Source of the DNA: Negativicutes bacterium
Lineage (GTDB): Bacteria; Bacillota; Negativicutes; UBA1444
Assembly (NCBI GenBank): GCA_963665275.2
Contig: CAXXIN010000007.1
Location: 384,001 to 448,000 of the forward strand
DNA: 64,000 nt
Direction of reading: 5' to 3'
Under the pieces are notes generated by a model, which was given only the letters and a program-made list of their open reading frames with translations, ran no database searches and had not been told where the DNA came from. Below, in pieces: positions 1 to 9,338 of this stretch. Both the position numbers and the translations under genes were made by a program. Position 1 is the first letter of the stretch; every line of letters starts with the position of its first letter.

Positions 1-179
1 GTATCCAGTGCAGTCAATGCAAAATTTTCCATTTTCAAACACTCCTTGCAACTTCTTTATCGTACTTTGACAAGCAACATATTCTCTATTACGATTATAG
101 CAAGGAAAGTTTGATATTAATAATATCTATTTGCACTGAGTTGCATATGAAATTCGAATGTATAAGGAGGAGCTTTTCC

Positions 180-1040
180 ATGGAAATTCGTCAACTCAAA
201 TATTTTCTCGCCGTCGCCGAAGAGGGTCAGATTACCAAAGCAGCAGAAAAACTTCACATTACACAACCGCCGCTCAGCCAGCAAATTATATTGTTGGAAA
301 ATGAACTGGGAGTAAAACTATTTCAGCGTACCAAGAAACAGATCCGCCTCACCGAAGCAGGACGCTCATTGCAAAATCGCGCTGAACAAATGATAGAATT
401 GTTGAAAACCACAGTCGAAGAAGTTCAAAAAACGGCTGAAGGGTTGGGCGGAAAATTGACGCTCGGCACCATCACATCCTCCGGCAGATCCTTGATCCCA
501 GAATCCATTCAAAAATTCCACGCTTTATATCCTGACGTCACCTTTGATTTGCGGCAGGGCGACTCCCGGCGGATCCAGGAACTGCTTGACGCCGGCTTGA
601 TCGAAATAGGGATCGTCCGGCTTCCTGTCGATGATTCTCAATATAACTCCATCGCACTACCCCGTGAAAACATGGTTGTTGTTTCGTCTCCCGGAGCATT
701 TCTGCCGCAAGATCTGCAAGAGCTGGACCTCAGTCAGCTGGAAAACATTCCGCTGCTGATCCATCGCCGTTATGCTTCCAAGGTAACGGATTACTGCCGG
801 AACATCCTTTGTATCAGTGATGATGTCACTCCCTTATTGCTCTGGACAAGATATGGGCTAGGAGTCGCGATCGTACCGGAATCGGCAGTCAAGCTAATGC
901 AAGGGTCCCCACTGTTGGTACATAAAATAACCAGGCCCACCCTCGTGACTACCGGCGCAGTAATCTGGCGAAAAAAGCATACGCTCTCTTCAGCCGCTTC
1001 CCATTTTATTGAACTTTTTCAGTCACTCCCTGTAGAGTAA
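180..1040 (+). CDS. LysR-family transcriptional regulator
   Basis: N-terminal LysR HTH (MEIRQLKYFLAVAEEGQITKAAEKLHITQPPLSQQI); AAGGAGG RBS before ATG at 180. Confidence 0.95.
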   Translation: MEIRQLKYFLAVAEEGQITKAAEKLHITQPPLSQQIILLENELGVKLFQRTKKQIRLTEAGRSLQNRAEQMIELLKTTVEEVQKTAEGLGGKLTLGTITSSGRSLIPESIQKFHALYPDVTFDLRQGDSRRIQELLDAGLIEIGIVRLPVDDSQYNSIALPRENMVVVSSPGAFLPQDLQELDLSQLENIPLLIHRRYASKVTDYCRNILCISDDVTPLLLWTRYGLGVAIVPESAVKLMQGSPLLVHKITRPTLVTTGAVIWRKKHTLSSAASHFIELFQSLPVE

Positions 1041-1156
1041 AGAGCCTCTTCAATCAAAGCAATAACCATTGTCCCTGCGACCGCAGAGATTTCAAATCCA
1101 TGATAGAATATAAAAATATTCCCCCGAATAAGTTTTTTCGCACAGGCGGTGACTCA

Positions 1157-2062
1157 TTGCATACAGCAAAAAGCAACAATTTCATCTTTGCATTACTTAT
1201 ATTTGTAGTCTTGCTCTGGGGTATTAATGTTGTAATGATAAAATATCTCACGAATTTTTACCCGCCCCTGGCCTTGGCGCCAATCCGCCTCTCCCTGGCG
1301 ACAGCCCTGCTCTTACCGGTCGTATTATGGAAGCAGGGATATGCGAAGCCTCCCATTTCCGCCCTCTTTTCAATCGTGGGCGTCGCAACTTTCTCGATTT
1401 TCCTGCATCAACTTTCATTATCCTGGGGTATCGCCATGACCAGCAGCACCCATGCATCACTCATTCTGGGATTAAACCCGCTCCTAACAACCGTGCTGGC
1501 CAGCTTCCTCATGAAAGAACCCTTCACTCGCGCCAAAATTCTCGGCATCCTGTTGGGATTCACTGGTGTTGCCCTGGTGGTTTCCGGTGTGTCAAAGGGA
1601 TCGTCATCGTTCATTGGCGATCTCATGATGTTCGTTGCAACAATCACTTTTGTTGTTGGTTCGTTATTCGTAAAAAAGAGCACGACTGTCTTGTCTCCGC
1701 TTATCGTGACAGCCTACAGTCACATGCTTGCCTCGATTGGCCTTTTGGTCACAGGCTGGTTCGTCAACCCGGTTTGGAGCTACCCCGGGGCCTTCGCTCC
1801 CCTCCCGCTGACTGTGCTTTTGTTTTCCAGTCTGGTCAATACAGCTCTGGGGGCCCTGTGGTGGAATATGGGAATCCAGCGCATCGGCGCTGCCACTGCG
1901 TCTTTGTTCTTGAATGGAACGCCTGTAACAGGAGTCTTTGCCGCAGCATTATTTTTAGGCGAAGAACTTTACTGGGCACATTACGTCGCGCTTATTCTGG
2001 TCATTTTGGGCGTCAGTCTGGGAACTGGCGTCATCGGTCGCCGGGAAGGCGTCAAGTGTTGA
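1157..2062 (+). CDS. DMT/EamA-family transporter
   Basis: Two EamA repeats, ~10 TM segments (LLWGIN..., LILGLNP, FLGE). TTG start at 1157 after GGCGGTGA; ORF track starts at 1100. Confidence 0.88.
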   Translation: MHTAKSNNFIFALLIFVVLLWGINVVMIKYLTNFYPPLALAPIRLSLATALLLPVVLWKQGYAKPPISALFSIVGVATFSIFLHQLSLSWGIAMTSSTHASLILGLNPLLTTVLASFLMKEPFTRAKILGILLGFTGVALVVSGVSKGSSSFIGDLMMFVATITFVVGSLFVKKSTTVLSPLIVTAYSHMLASIGLLVTGWFVNPVWSYPGAFAPLPLTVLLFSSLVNTALGALWWNMGIQRIGAATASLFLNGTPVTGVFAAALFLGEELYWAHYVALILVILGVSLGTGVIGRREGVKC

Positions 2063-2140
2063 TCAGATTTGAAGGGAAATCGTCACATTATCTAGAACTA
2101 TTATTTGATAATGCTATTTTCGTAACTGCTGGAGGCCTCA

Positions 2141-3220
2141 ATGTTTGACAAATTCACTGAAATCGAAGTCTTGATTCGAGAAGCCAATTTCATTATGCGT
2201 ATCGCCTTTCTTCTTGTAAGCATGGCGGCTGGCGTTGCATTGAGCCAGTTGATCTTTGCCAGACTGCGCAAGGTGGTCGCCCGGGTTACCGACGGCTCTT
2301 ATCCTCTGGTGCAACGCGCTTTAAGAGGAATTCCCACGGTGTGGGGAATTCTCCTGGGGGGATACGTTGCAATCGAAATTCTCCCCCTCCATCCAAAGAT
2401 GCTGCAGTTCCTGGAAACATTATTTAACGCGATTGGCATCTTGTCCCTGACGATCATGGGCGCGCGACTGTTATCTGGTTTGCTCACCCAAAAGGTTCAA
2501 AAAACAGCCGGGACTTTTGCTTCCACTTCTATCCTGGTCACAACCATTGAATTGATTGTTTATATCACAGGCTCATTATTTTTGCTCCAGACCTTCGGGG
2601 TCTCGATCACGCCGTTGCTCACAGCTCTAGGCGTTGGTGGTTTGGCGGTAGCGCTCGCGCTGCAGGATACTCTGTCGAATTTATTTTCCGGCATCAATAT
2701 TCTGCTGTCCAAGCAAATCAAGATCAGCGACTATGTCAAACTGTCGACTGGTGAAGAAGGAACCGTTGTAGACATGAACTGGCGCAACACCACCATCAAA
2801 CTGCCGTCTGACAACATGGTTGTCGTTCCCAATCAAAAAATCGCGAGTTCCATCCTCACCAACTTTGCATTGCCTTATGCAGAGTGCTCCATCGTCATTC
2901 CGGTGGGAGTCAGTTATGACAGCGACCTGGAACAGGTCGAAAAAACCACCTCTGCTGTTGCCAAAGAAGTGCTTCAGGACACTGAGGGCGGTGTCGGCAG
3001 CTTTGAGCCGTTCATCCGCTATGGCAGTTTTGCTCCATCCAGCATCACCTTTAACGTCATCCTGCGTGTTAAAAGCGTGACGAATCAAGCCCTGATCCAA
3101 CACGAATTTATCAAGCGGCTTCACCTACGATATCGGCAGGAAGGAATCGAAATTCCCTTCCCCACAACTTCTGTGAGGCTTCAACAAACGACCCTTACAG
3201 ATGAAACAACCCCAAAATAA
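2141..3220 (+). CDS. mscS: Small-conductance mechanosensitive channel (MscS family)
   Basis: LGVGGLAVALALQDTLSNLFSG, GTVVDMNWRNT, VPN and GIEIPFP motifs. Confidence 0.92.
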   Translation: MFDKFTEIEVLIREANFIMRIAFLLVSMAAGVALSQLIFARLRKVVARVTDGSYPLVQRALRGIPTVWGILLGGYVAIEILPLHPKMLQFLETLFNAIGILSLTIMGARLLSGLLTQKVQKTAGTFASTSILVTTIELIVYITGSLFLLQTFGVSITPLLTALGVGGLAVALALQDTLSNLFSGINILLSKQIKISDYVKLSTGEEGTVVDMNWRNTTIKLPSDNMVVVPNQKIASSILTNFALPYAECSIVIPVGVSYDSDLEQVEKTTSAVAKEVLQDTEGGVGSFEPFIRYGSFAPSSITFNVILRVKSVTNQALIQHEFIKRLHLRYRQEGIEIPFPTTSVRLQQTTLTDETTPK

Positions 3221-3230
3221 AATTATGGCG

Positions 3231-3272
3231 AAAAAAAACGAAGGGGAAGATTTTCATCTTCCCCTTTTTTAA
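3231..3272. terminator. Bidirectional intrinsic terminator
   Basis: AAGGGGAAGAT-TTTC-ATCTTCCCCTT hairpin with an A-run on the left and a T-run on the right. Confidence 0.85.
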
Positions 3273-3536
3273 AGCGACCACCCTTACAGCTGAGGCTGGA
3301 TATCTTCACTTGCTATTCTGATAGGTCTTTAACCTCCATGGGAATTGCTTGGCTTTTGCTTCGTCCAGGTTTTGGGTATTAGGTTGTAGGTTTCGTGTCT
3401 TGCGGTTTGATCTCGGGGTATAGGGAAAACACTCTCCTTGATGGACTGGTTTCGACGTGTACAAACTCGGAAAGATTGATCTTTCGTGGGTTTGTCTTTT
3501 CGCTGGAACCTTAAGTCGCTGTAAGGATGGTGCTTG
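3231..3536 (-). ncRNA. Candidate independently transcribed structured ncRNA of unknown family
   Basis: Minus-strand TTGCAA-17-TACAAT promoter (3570-3542); 5' end 3535-3518 pairs with 3290-3272 (18 bp); internal hairpins; ends at a U-tailed terminator. Confidence 0.6.
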
Positions 3537-3541
3537 ACTAT

Positions 3542-3570
3542 ATTGTAGCACAGTAATCAGAATTTTGCAA
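3542..3570 (-). promoter_or_regulatory. Sigma-A-type promoter for the ncRNA candidate
   Basis: TTGCAA-N17-TACAAT with TG extended -10 (TGTGCTACAAT). Confidence 0.7.
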
Positions 3571-3601
3571 TAACTATTCAAGATATTTTCAATCGGCTTT
3601 A

Positions 3602-5809
3602 TTAGCCGTTCGGTCCACGGAAACGGACACGCAAATCTTGCGGCTGCAAGGTCTTGCCTGTCAGAACATTGAGTATCGTATTGGCCGTTGCGTTGGGCGT
3701 AATGATGAGATGAACCATTTCCCCTTCGGTCTCGCCTGTGCCTGACGCCAGTCCTCCCAACATGTTGAACTTCAGATTGGTGAATTCCGTCTGGCGTCCT
3801 CGTTTGGTAAAGTTTCCTGTCAAGCCGCTGAAAGCGATTCCCTTGACGCTGCCGGCATTCATCTTGAAGTTTCCATCACCGCTGGCTTTGTCCCAGTCGC
3901 CGACGCCAGCGATGGTCGCCGCAAAATCAGCACGCCCCTGCACATCACGATCCGTCAGTTGCGCCGCATCAATGTTCTGTCCAGTGAGCTGCTGCCGATA
4001 CTCCATCGTCTTCGGAACGACCGTCCCGTTCAGATTGATCGTGCCGCCGAGGCACTGAGCCCGCCCGCCCGCCAACGTAAGTAGCCCATCAACATAGCTG
4101 AATCCGGCGCTCGCACCGGAAAAAGCCAGTTGGCCCAATGCACCGGACGCGATCTGGAAGTTGCCGCGGGCCTGATTTTTTTCTGGAGTTCCTGTCACCG
4201 TTGCCTGAAAAGCAATCACTCCTTTTAACGCACTATTCGGATTGAATGCCGTTGCGTTGAGTCCAGAGGAGGATATGTTCAGGCTGACCTGGGGCGAAGC
4301 CCCACCTGCGGCCAAAGTGATCACCCCGTTGACCGAAAGACGTTGCCCTGACAAAGTTACGCCGACATTGGACAAATCCACACGGTTTCCTTGTTTATGA
4401 AAGCTGCCTGTTGCATTGGCAATGGTATAGTCGGAAATCGTTCCGGCCGGTACGGAAAAAGCACCACTCGCTGCCATAGTATCCGCACTTCCCTGCCCAG
4501 TAACGGTCGCATTGAAATCCATCCGGCCAGACAAGCCTTTATTCGTCAAAATCGATCCGTCAACATTCTGGCCGGATACATTCAGATTATAGGCTGAAGA
4601 TTTGGGCACTATGGTTCCGGTAATACCAACGGATCCGCCCAACGCTTTTGCATTTGAGTTGGATAACGTGAGTTTGCCGTCGGCATAGCCGAAAGAGCCC
4701 TCGGCGTCGGTTATTGGATTGGCGTCGAACTGACCGCTGGCCATATTGAAAGTCCCCTGCGCCGTCGGTTTGTCGAGCGTCCCGCCCACATCCGCGTGAA
4801 AGGAAGCAGCCCCGTTAAGCGACGCTTTCGGTCCTGCCAGTGAGGCTACATTCATCCCTGCGGAACTGATCTGCAACGCCAGAACTGGTGATGCCGGCGT
4901 GAAATCGATAGAGCCGGCCACGGAAAGTTTATTTCCGTCGACCACGGCAGCGGCATCCTGCAGGATAACCTTTTGTCCCTGCAGTTTCAGTATGGCGGTT
5001 CCCTCTTTGAGAGCCATTCCCTGCAAATCCATGCCTAAGCCGGACAGCATAGCCTCGCCTGTCATTTGGACACCAGACTTTTCCTGGGTCACATTCCCCT
5101 TAATATCCTTAAGCGTTCCGGCCAGCAACTTGGGGTTACCGGCTGCTACAGGCAACAATGCCTGCACTTCGCTGAGTTCTATCGCATCGATTTTCAAAGC
5201 CAATTGAGTTTTCCCCTCGGAAATCCAGTTTCCTTGGACTGAGATTGTGCTGTTCCCCATTTTCCCTTTCAAATCGACCGCTACGGCAGGTGGCGCTGCA
5301 TAATCCAGCTCGCCCGAAATTCCAGAGAATTCGCGTTTCCAGTTCGGTGTAGAGACAGCAACCGCTGCATCTTTCAGAACGACACTCCCACGAAACAGCG
5401 AGGGGCGCTCCGCCTGAGGTTTCACCATCTCCTGAAGGTTCCATTTGCCGGCTTTATCGATATTCAATACCAGGTTTAGTTTTTCAACAGTAATCTGCTT
5501 CACACTATCGATCCCAAAACGGCCCCCGAGGAGGTCACTGAACTTGTAACTGACACTGATCTCATCACTTTCGGCAATTTTCACGTTCTTCGAATCGAAT
5601 AGCACAACTTTTTTCAGCACCGCTGATCCCAAAGCGGAAAAATCAAAATTACCAATTTCAATGCGCCCATTAATGGAAGCGTTAACCTGCGATAGCAAGA
5701 GTCCCTGCACACCGGCGAGAACACGGGGAGCCACCATCTTCCAGGCAACACCCGCCGCAATCAGTAAAGCAACAGCACTTGCCAGTATGATTTTTTGTGT
5801 TTTGGACAT
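3602..5809 (-). CDS. AsmA/TamB-like beta-rich envelope bridge protein
   Basis: Single N-terminal TM anchor followed by ~700 aa of Gly-rich beta-strand repeats; AsmA-like 'GKWNLQ' motif; GGAGG RBS before MSKTQ. Confidence 0.75.
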   Translation of the reverse strand: MSKTQKIILASAVALLIAAGVAWKMVAPRVLAGVQGLLLSQVNASINGRIEIGNFDFSALGSAVLKKVVLFDSKNVKIAESDEISVSYKFSDLLGGRFGIDSVKQITVEKLNLVLNIDKAGKWNLQEMVKPQAERPSLFRGSVVLKDAAVAVSTPNWKREFSGISGELDYAAPPAVAVDLKGKMGNSTISVQGNWISEGKTQLALKIDAIELSEVQALLPVAAGNPKLLAGTLKDIKGNVTQEKSGVQMTGEAMLSGLGMDLQGMALKEGTAILKLQGQKVILQDAAAVVDGNKLSVAGSIDFTPASPVLALQISSAGMNVASLAGPKASLNGAASFHADVGGTLDKPTAQGTFNMASGQFDANPITDAEGSFGYADGKLTLSNSNAKALGGSVGITGTIVPKSSAYNLNVSGQNVDGSILTNKGLSGRMDFNATVTGQGSADTMAASGAFSVPAGTISDYTIANATGSFHKQGNRVDLSNVGVTLSGQRLSVNGVITLAAGGASPQVSLNISSSGLNATAFNPNSALKGVIAFQATVTGTPEKNQARGNFQIASGALGQLAFSGASAGFSYVDGLLTLAGGRAQCLGGTINLNGTVVPKTMEYRQQLTGQNIDAAQLTDRDVQGRADFAATIAGVGDWDKASGDGNFKMNAGSVKGIAFSGLTGNFTKRGRQTEFTNLKFNMLGGLASGTGETEGEMVHLIITPNATANTILNVLTGKTLQPQDLRVRFRGPNG

Positions 5810-5971
5810 ATGAAACACCTCCATTTGTTCATTTCGTGGTTACCGCTTCAAAATCCTCGCTGCATAACTCATATTGGCAATCTACCTGCAGATTCTCACG
5901 GGCTATATTAATGCTGCATTTCATTTCTATTGACCCTCCTGCTTCAATTTGATAGAATTATTTCAAATAAG

Positions 5972-6050
5972 ATAACTACAGGATCAGGCCGTCGGTAATA
6001 CCGGCGCGTCGGGCTAACAAGCAGCAGGTTATGCCTGTGGGACCTTTTAA
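5972..6050 (+). promoter_or_regulatory. NiCo (czcD-motif) Ni/Co/Fe-sensing riboswitch
   Basis: GAUCAGGC-[CGUCGGU/ACCGGCG stem]-GUCGGGCU..AGCAG-[CAGG/CCUG]-UGGGAC four-way-junction pattern directly upstream of a CDF exporter; TTGACC..TAGAAT promoter upstream. Confidence 0.85.
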
Positions 6051-6132
6051 AAGGTTTCGCGGGCATATTTTATGTGTTGCAGGGGTTCTTTGACCGATAT
6101 CCACCCAAATTCAGTATATGAGGAGCATGGCA

Positions 6133-7035
6133 ATGCCGGATTCAACGCTGCAAAAAATCAAATGGGTATTGTGGGTCATCTTATTTGCCAATCTGGCGGT
6201 CGCGGGAGTAAAGATCGTCGTCGGGCAACTGATCCAAAGCGCCAGTCTCACGGCAGATGGCTTTCACTCTTTGACTGACGGAATCTCCAACATCGTCGGT
6301 CTTATCGGCATTCAATTTGCATCCCAACCAATTGACGAAAAACATCCCTATGGTCATCGCAAATATGAGTTTGTCACCGGCCTGTTCATCGGATTCATGC
6401 TGCTAATTATCGCCGCTCTTGTTCTTTACGAAGCCATTGATAAATTTGCGCATCCTGTTTCCCCTGACATTACGATCGTCAGCCTCATCGCATTGATTGC
6501 CACTCTCATCATTAATATTTTCGTTTGCCTCTACGAATATCGCCAGGGGCAGAAGCTGGGCAGCGCCATTTTGATTTCTGATTCCCTCCATACCCGCAGC
6601 GACGTCTTCGTTTCAATCAGCGTCTTATTCACCCTGTTAGGCATCAAATTCGGTCTGCCGCCAATCATCGATCCTATCGCCTCCCTGGTTGTCGCCGCTT
6701 TCATCATTCGCGCAGCCGTTGAAATCATTCGTTCCACCAGTGAAGTGCTCGTCGACAAGGCCGTCGCAGATACAGATACAATCCGTAATATTGCTCTCAC
6801 TTTTCCGGAGGTGCACGGCGTTCATGATATTCGAAGCCGTGGCACTGAACAGGATCTCTATATCGATATGCACGTTCTGATCGATCCCAATATGGAGGTC
6901 GGTGAGTCTCACAAACTTTGTCACGAGGTGGAGCAAAAAATCTGTCAGGAACTGCAAGTAAAAGCGCGTGTCATGATCCACATGGAGCCTTTTCGCAAAC
7001 ACACTCCTGCTCACCATGGAAACCCGCAGACATAA
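6133..7035 (+). CDS. Cation diffusion facilitator (CDF, FieF/CzcD-like) metal exporter
   Basis: ADGFHSLTD, HPYGHRKYE, DSLHTRSD motifs and C-terminal HMEP. Confidence 0.93.
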   Translation: MPDSTLQKIKWVLWVILFANLAVAGVKIVVGQLIQSASLTADGFHSLTDGISNIVGLIGIQFASQPIDEKHPYGHRKYEFVTGLFIGFMLLIIAALVLYEAIDKFAHPVSPDITIVSLIALIATLIINIFVCLYEYRQGQKLGSAILISDSLHTRSDVFVSISVLFTLLGIKFGLPPIIDPIASLVVAAFIIRAAVEIIRSTSEVLVDKAVADTDTIRNIALTFPEVHGVHDIRSRGTEQDLYIDMHVLIDPNMEVGESHKLCHEVEQKICQELQVKARVMIHMEPFRKHTPAHHGNPQT

Positions 7036-7088
7036 TTCAAAGTTTGACAGCAGGGAAAAAATTTGTTATTCTTTTTTCAATCGAATAG

Positions 7089-7195
7089 CACGATATGGAA
7101 CTGACGGATAAGTGGAATTAACCACATGAACTGTATCGGAAGGATAGTCGACCGTCTGGGCAACATTTTTGTTTGCGCAGACGGTTTTTTGTTTG
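7089..7195 (+). promoter_or_regulatory. ZMP/ZTP (pfl) riboswitch 1 with intrinsic terminator
   Basis: CGAUAUGG-AACUGACGG..GUGG..CCAC..CUGUAUCG, then GUCGACCGUCUGGGCA, then a terminator (CCGUCUG..CAGACGG UUUUUU). Confidence 0.9.
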
Positions 7196-7210
7196 CCAAA
7201 ATTAAATCAG

Positions 7211-7315
7211 TACGATACAGAACTGGCGGATAAAGTGGATCAAACCACGTGGGACTGTATCGGGGAACAAGCCGACCGCCTGGGCAACATGCGTTTGTTC
7301 AGGCGGCTATTTTTA
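7211..7315 (+). promoter_or_regulatory. ZMP/ZTP (pfl) riboswitch 2 with intrinsic terminator
   Basis: CGAUACAG-AACUGGCGG..GUGG..CCAC..CUGUAUCG, then GCCGACCGCCUGGGCA, then a terminator (CCGCCUG..CAGGCGG CUAUUUUU). Confidence 0.9.
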
Positions 7316-7359
7316 TGCTGCCGGGTAACGCAAAAAACGAAAAGGGAGCGTGCTCGACA

Positions 7360-8583
7360 ATGAAAAACAGGTGGCTCATCGCATCTTCCGCAGTCGGAAT
7401 CCATATCTGCATCGGCAGCGTATACGCCTGGAGCGTACTGACCAAACCGATCATGTTGCACCTCGGGATCAGTCTCAAGGAAACCCAGTGGACATTTTCG
7501 CTGGCAATTTTGTTTCTGGGCCTTTCTGCTGCATTCTTGGGTGGGTGGGTCGAAAAATACGGCCCCCGAAAATCCGGTCTTGCTGCCACAATGTTCTTCT
7601 GCGCCGGCATGTTCGGAACTGCCCTGGCAGTCTATATGAAGAGTTTGCCGTTGCTATATCTTTTTTATGGCGCCATTGGCGGCATTGGTCTCGGTATTGG
7701 TTACATCACGCCGGTATCCACGCTGGTGAAGTGGTTCCCGGAAAAACGGGGATTTGCGACCGGCATTGCCATCATGGGCTTCGGCTTGGCCAGTCTCGTT
7801 GCCGGCCCGCTCATTCAATTCCTGTTGCAACAATATGGTCTGATCACAACCTTCGTGACTCTTGGCTTGCTTTATATGATGATCATGATTCCTTCCTCCC
7901 TGTATCTGGCCCCACCCCTGAAAACATGCATTATTGAAACTGAGGCCTCACTGCGGCACTCTCTCGCCGGAGTAACGCAGGTTACGGCCACTGCTGCCAT
8001 GAAAACCTGGCAATTTTGGACCTTGTGGTGGATGTTATTCACGAACATCACCTGTGGAATTGGCCTGCTCAGTGTTGCCTCCCCCATGGCCCAGGAAACG
8101 GTTGGCATGTCGCCGCTGATGGCCGCGACGATGGTTGGAGTCATCGGGTTCGTCAACGGGGCCGGGCGTCTTTTTTGGGCATCCATTTCTGATTACCTTG
8201 GCCGGGCAAATACCTATATCGCTTTTTTCATCATTCAGGGTTTCGCCTTCCTGCTACTGGCCAAAACGACAGATGGCATGTTGTTTCAGTTTTTGGTCTA
8301 CCTGATCATCTCCTGTTATGGCGGAGGTTTTTCCACAATCCCCGCTTTTTTGAGCGACCTATTTGGCACTAAAGAGCTGAGTGCCATTCATGGGAAAATA
8401 TTAACCGCCTGGGCGGCCGCGGGAGTCGTTGGTCCCTTGTTTGTTGCCTGGATCAAAGATACGACGAATAGTTACAATGCCACGCTGCTAGTTTTTTCCC
8501 TGTGCTTTGTAATTTCGCTGGTAGTCGCCACGGTTCTGAGATTAAAACAGCCTGCAACAACAGCCAGCGAGCTCTCTCTTTAG
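7360..8583 (+). CDS. OFA-family MFS transporter (oxalate/formate antiporter-like)
   Basis: GSVYAWS, GYITPVSTLVKWFPEKRG and YGGGF motifs; 12 TM; AAGGGAG RBS before ATG at 7360. Confidence 0.92.
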   Translation: MKNRWLIASSAVGIHICIGSVYAWSVLTKPIMLHLGISLKETQWTFSLAILFLGLSAAFLGGWVEKYGPRKSGLAATMFFCAGMFGTALAVYMKSLPLLYLFYGAIGGIGLGIGYITPVSTLVKWFPEKRGFATGIAIMGFGLASLVAGPLIQFLLQQYGLITTFVTLGLLYMMIMIPSSLYLAPPLKTCIIETEASLRHSLAGVTQVTATAAMKTWQFWTLWWMLFTNITCGIGLLSVASPMAQETVGMSPLMAATMVGVIGFVNGAGRLFWASISDYLGRANTYIAFFIIQGFAFLLLAKTTDGMLFQFLVYLIISCYGGGFSTIPAFLSDLFGTKELSAIHGKILTAWAAAGVVGPLFVAWIKDTTNSYNATLLVFSLCFVISLVVATVLRLKQPATTASELSL

Positions 8584-8686
8584 AAGATATGTTCAATAAT
8601 CCATACGAATTGGCAGGATAATCCACCGGTTTCTCCGAAATAATCTGTAAGACTGAAATTGTTTGGGAGAAAGAAGGTGTTCCACA

Positions 8687-9313
8687 ATGGAAACTCGCGA
8701 TAATTTGGCCCTTTTGCAAGCGACGATGGCTGATTATTTCCACGACCTGAGTCGGATTATGGTGGCTGTTGATCAGCGCCTGAAACAAGAATCGTTTGTG
8801 GCGATTGGGGACTCCGCCGTTTTTCAGGATATTTCCGCAGCCTTGGACCGAAGTTCACGCTGGCTCCCCAGATACCTGGCCCGCGCCTATGTGAAAGGGA
8901 AAAAAGCGAATCGCGCCATCGGCTACTGCATCCATCTTGGCCCCTATTCAGATCCGACAACCGTCGCTTATCTGAGCAAGTCCCAGCTGCAATTGCCTTT
9001 TGTCTCCCTGGCCTGCCTCCGAGACATGCAGCCAGGGCCGCTGGAAATCGATAGACGCCAACTATGGGATCGTCTTTGGGACAGCGGTTGGTGGGCCACC
9101 TATGAAGATCAGGTTTCCGGACCCTTGCGTACATACAATACCACGAAAGAAATCAGTGGGTTTCAGGCAAAAATCGTTGGAGCCTTGACGGATATTTTTC
9201 CGTTGGAAGACACGGCGGTCATTGCCCAGAAGATTGTCGCACCGCTGTTACTATTATATGAAGACCGCGATGCAGAATTGAACCAACCCGACTACCTGCT
9301 TAAACGTCCGTAG
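8687..9313 (+). CDS. Hypothetical protein
   Basis: 208-aa ORF with AAGAAGGTG RBS and a downstream terminator; no recognisable motif. Confidence 0.7.
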   Translation: METRDNLALLQATMADYFHDLSRIMVAVDQRLKQESFVAIGDSAVFQDISAALDRSSRWLPRYLARAYVKGKKANRAIGYCIHLGPYSDPTTVAYLSKSQLQLPFVSLACLRDMQPGPLEIDRRQLWDRLWDSGWWATYEDQVSGPLRTYNTTKEISGFQAKIVGALTDIFPLEDTAVIAQKIVAPLLLLYEDRDAELNQPDYLLKRP

Positions 9314-9338
9314 TCCATTCGCACCGATTTTGATAACG

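Noticed and set aside
3272-3535. Retron msr-msd, MITE, tmRNA, RNase P or SRP as the identity of the terminal inverted repeat element
   Set aside because: No reverse transcriptase or transposase nearby, no target-site duplication, and none of the hallmark motifs of tmRNA, RNase P or SRP.
3306-3581. 91-aa minus-strand ORF in the ORF track
   Set aside because: It starts upstream of the predicted promoter, has no RBS and looks non-protein-like; the region is better explained as an ncRNA.
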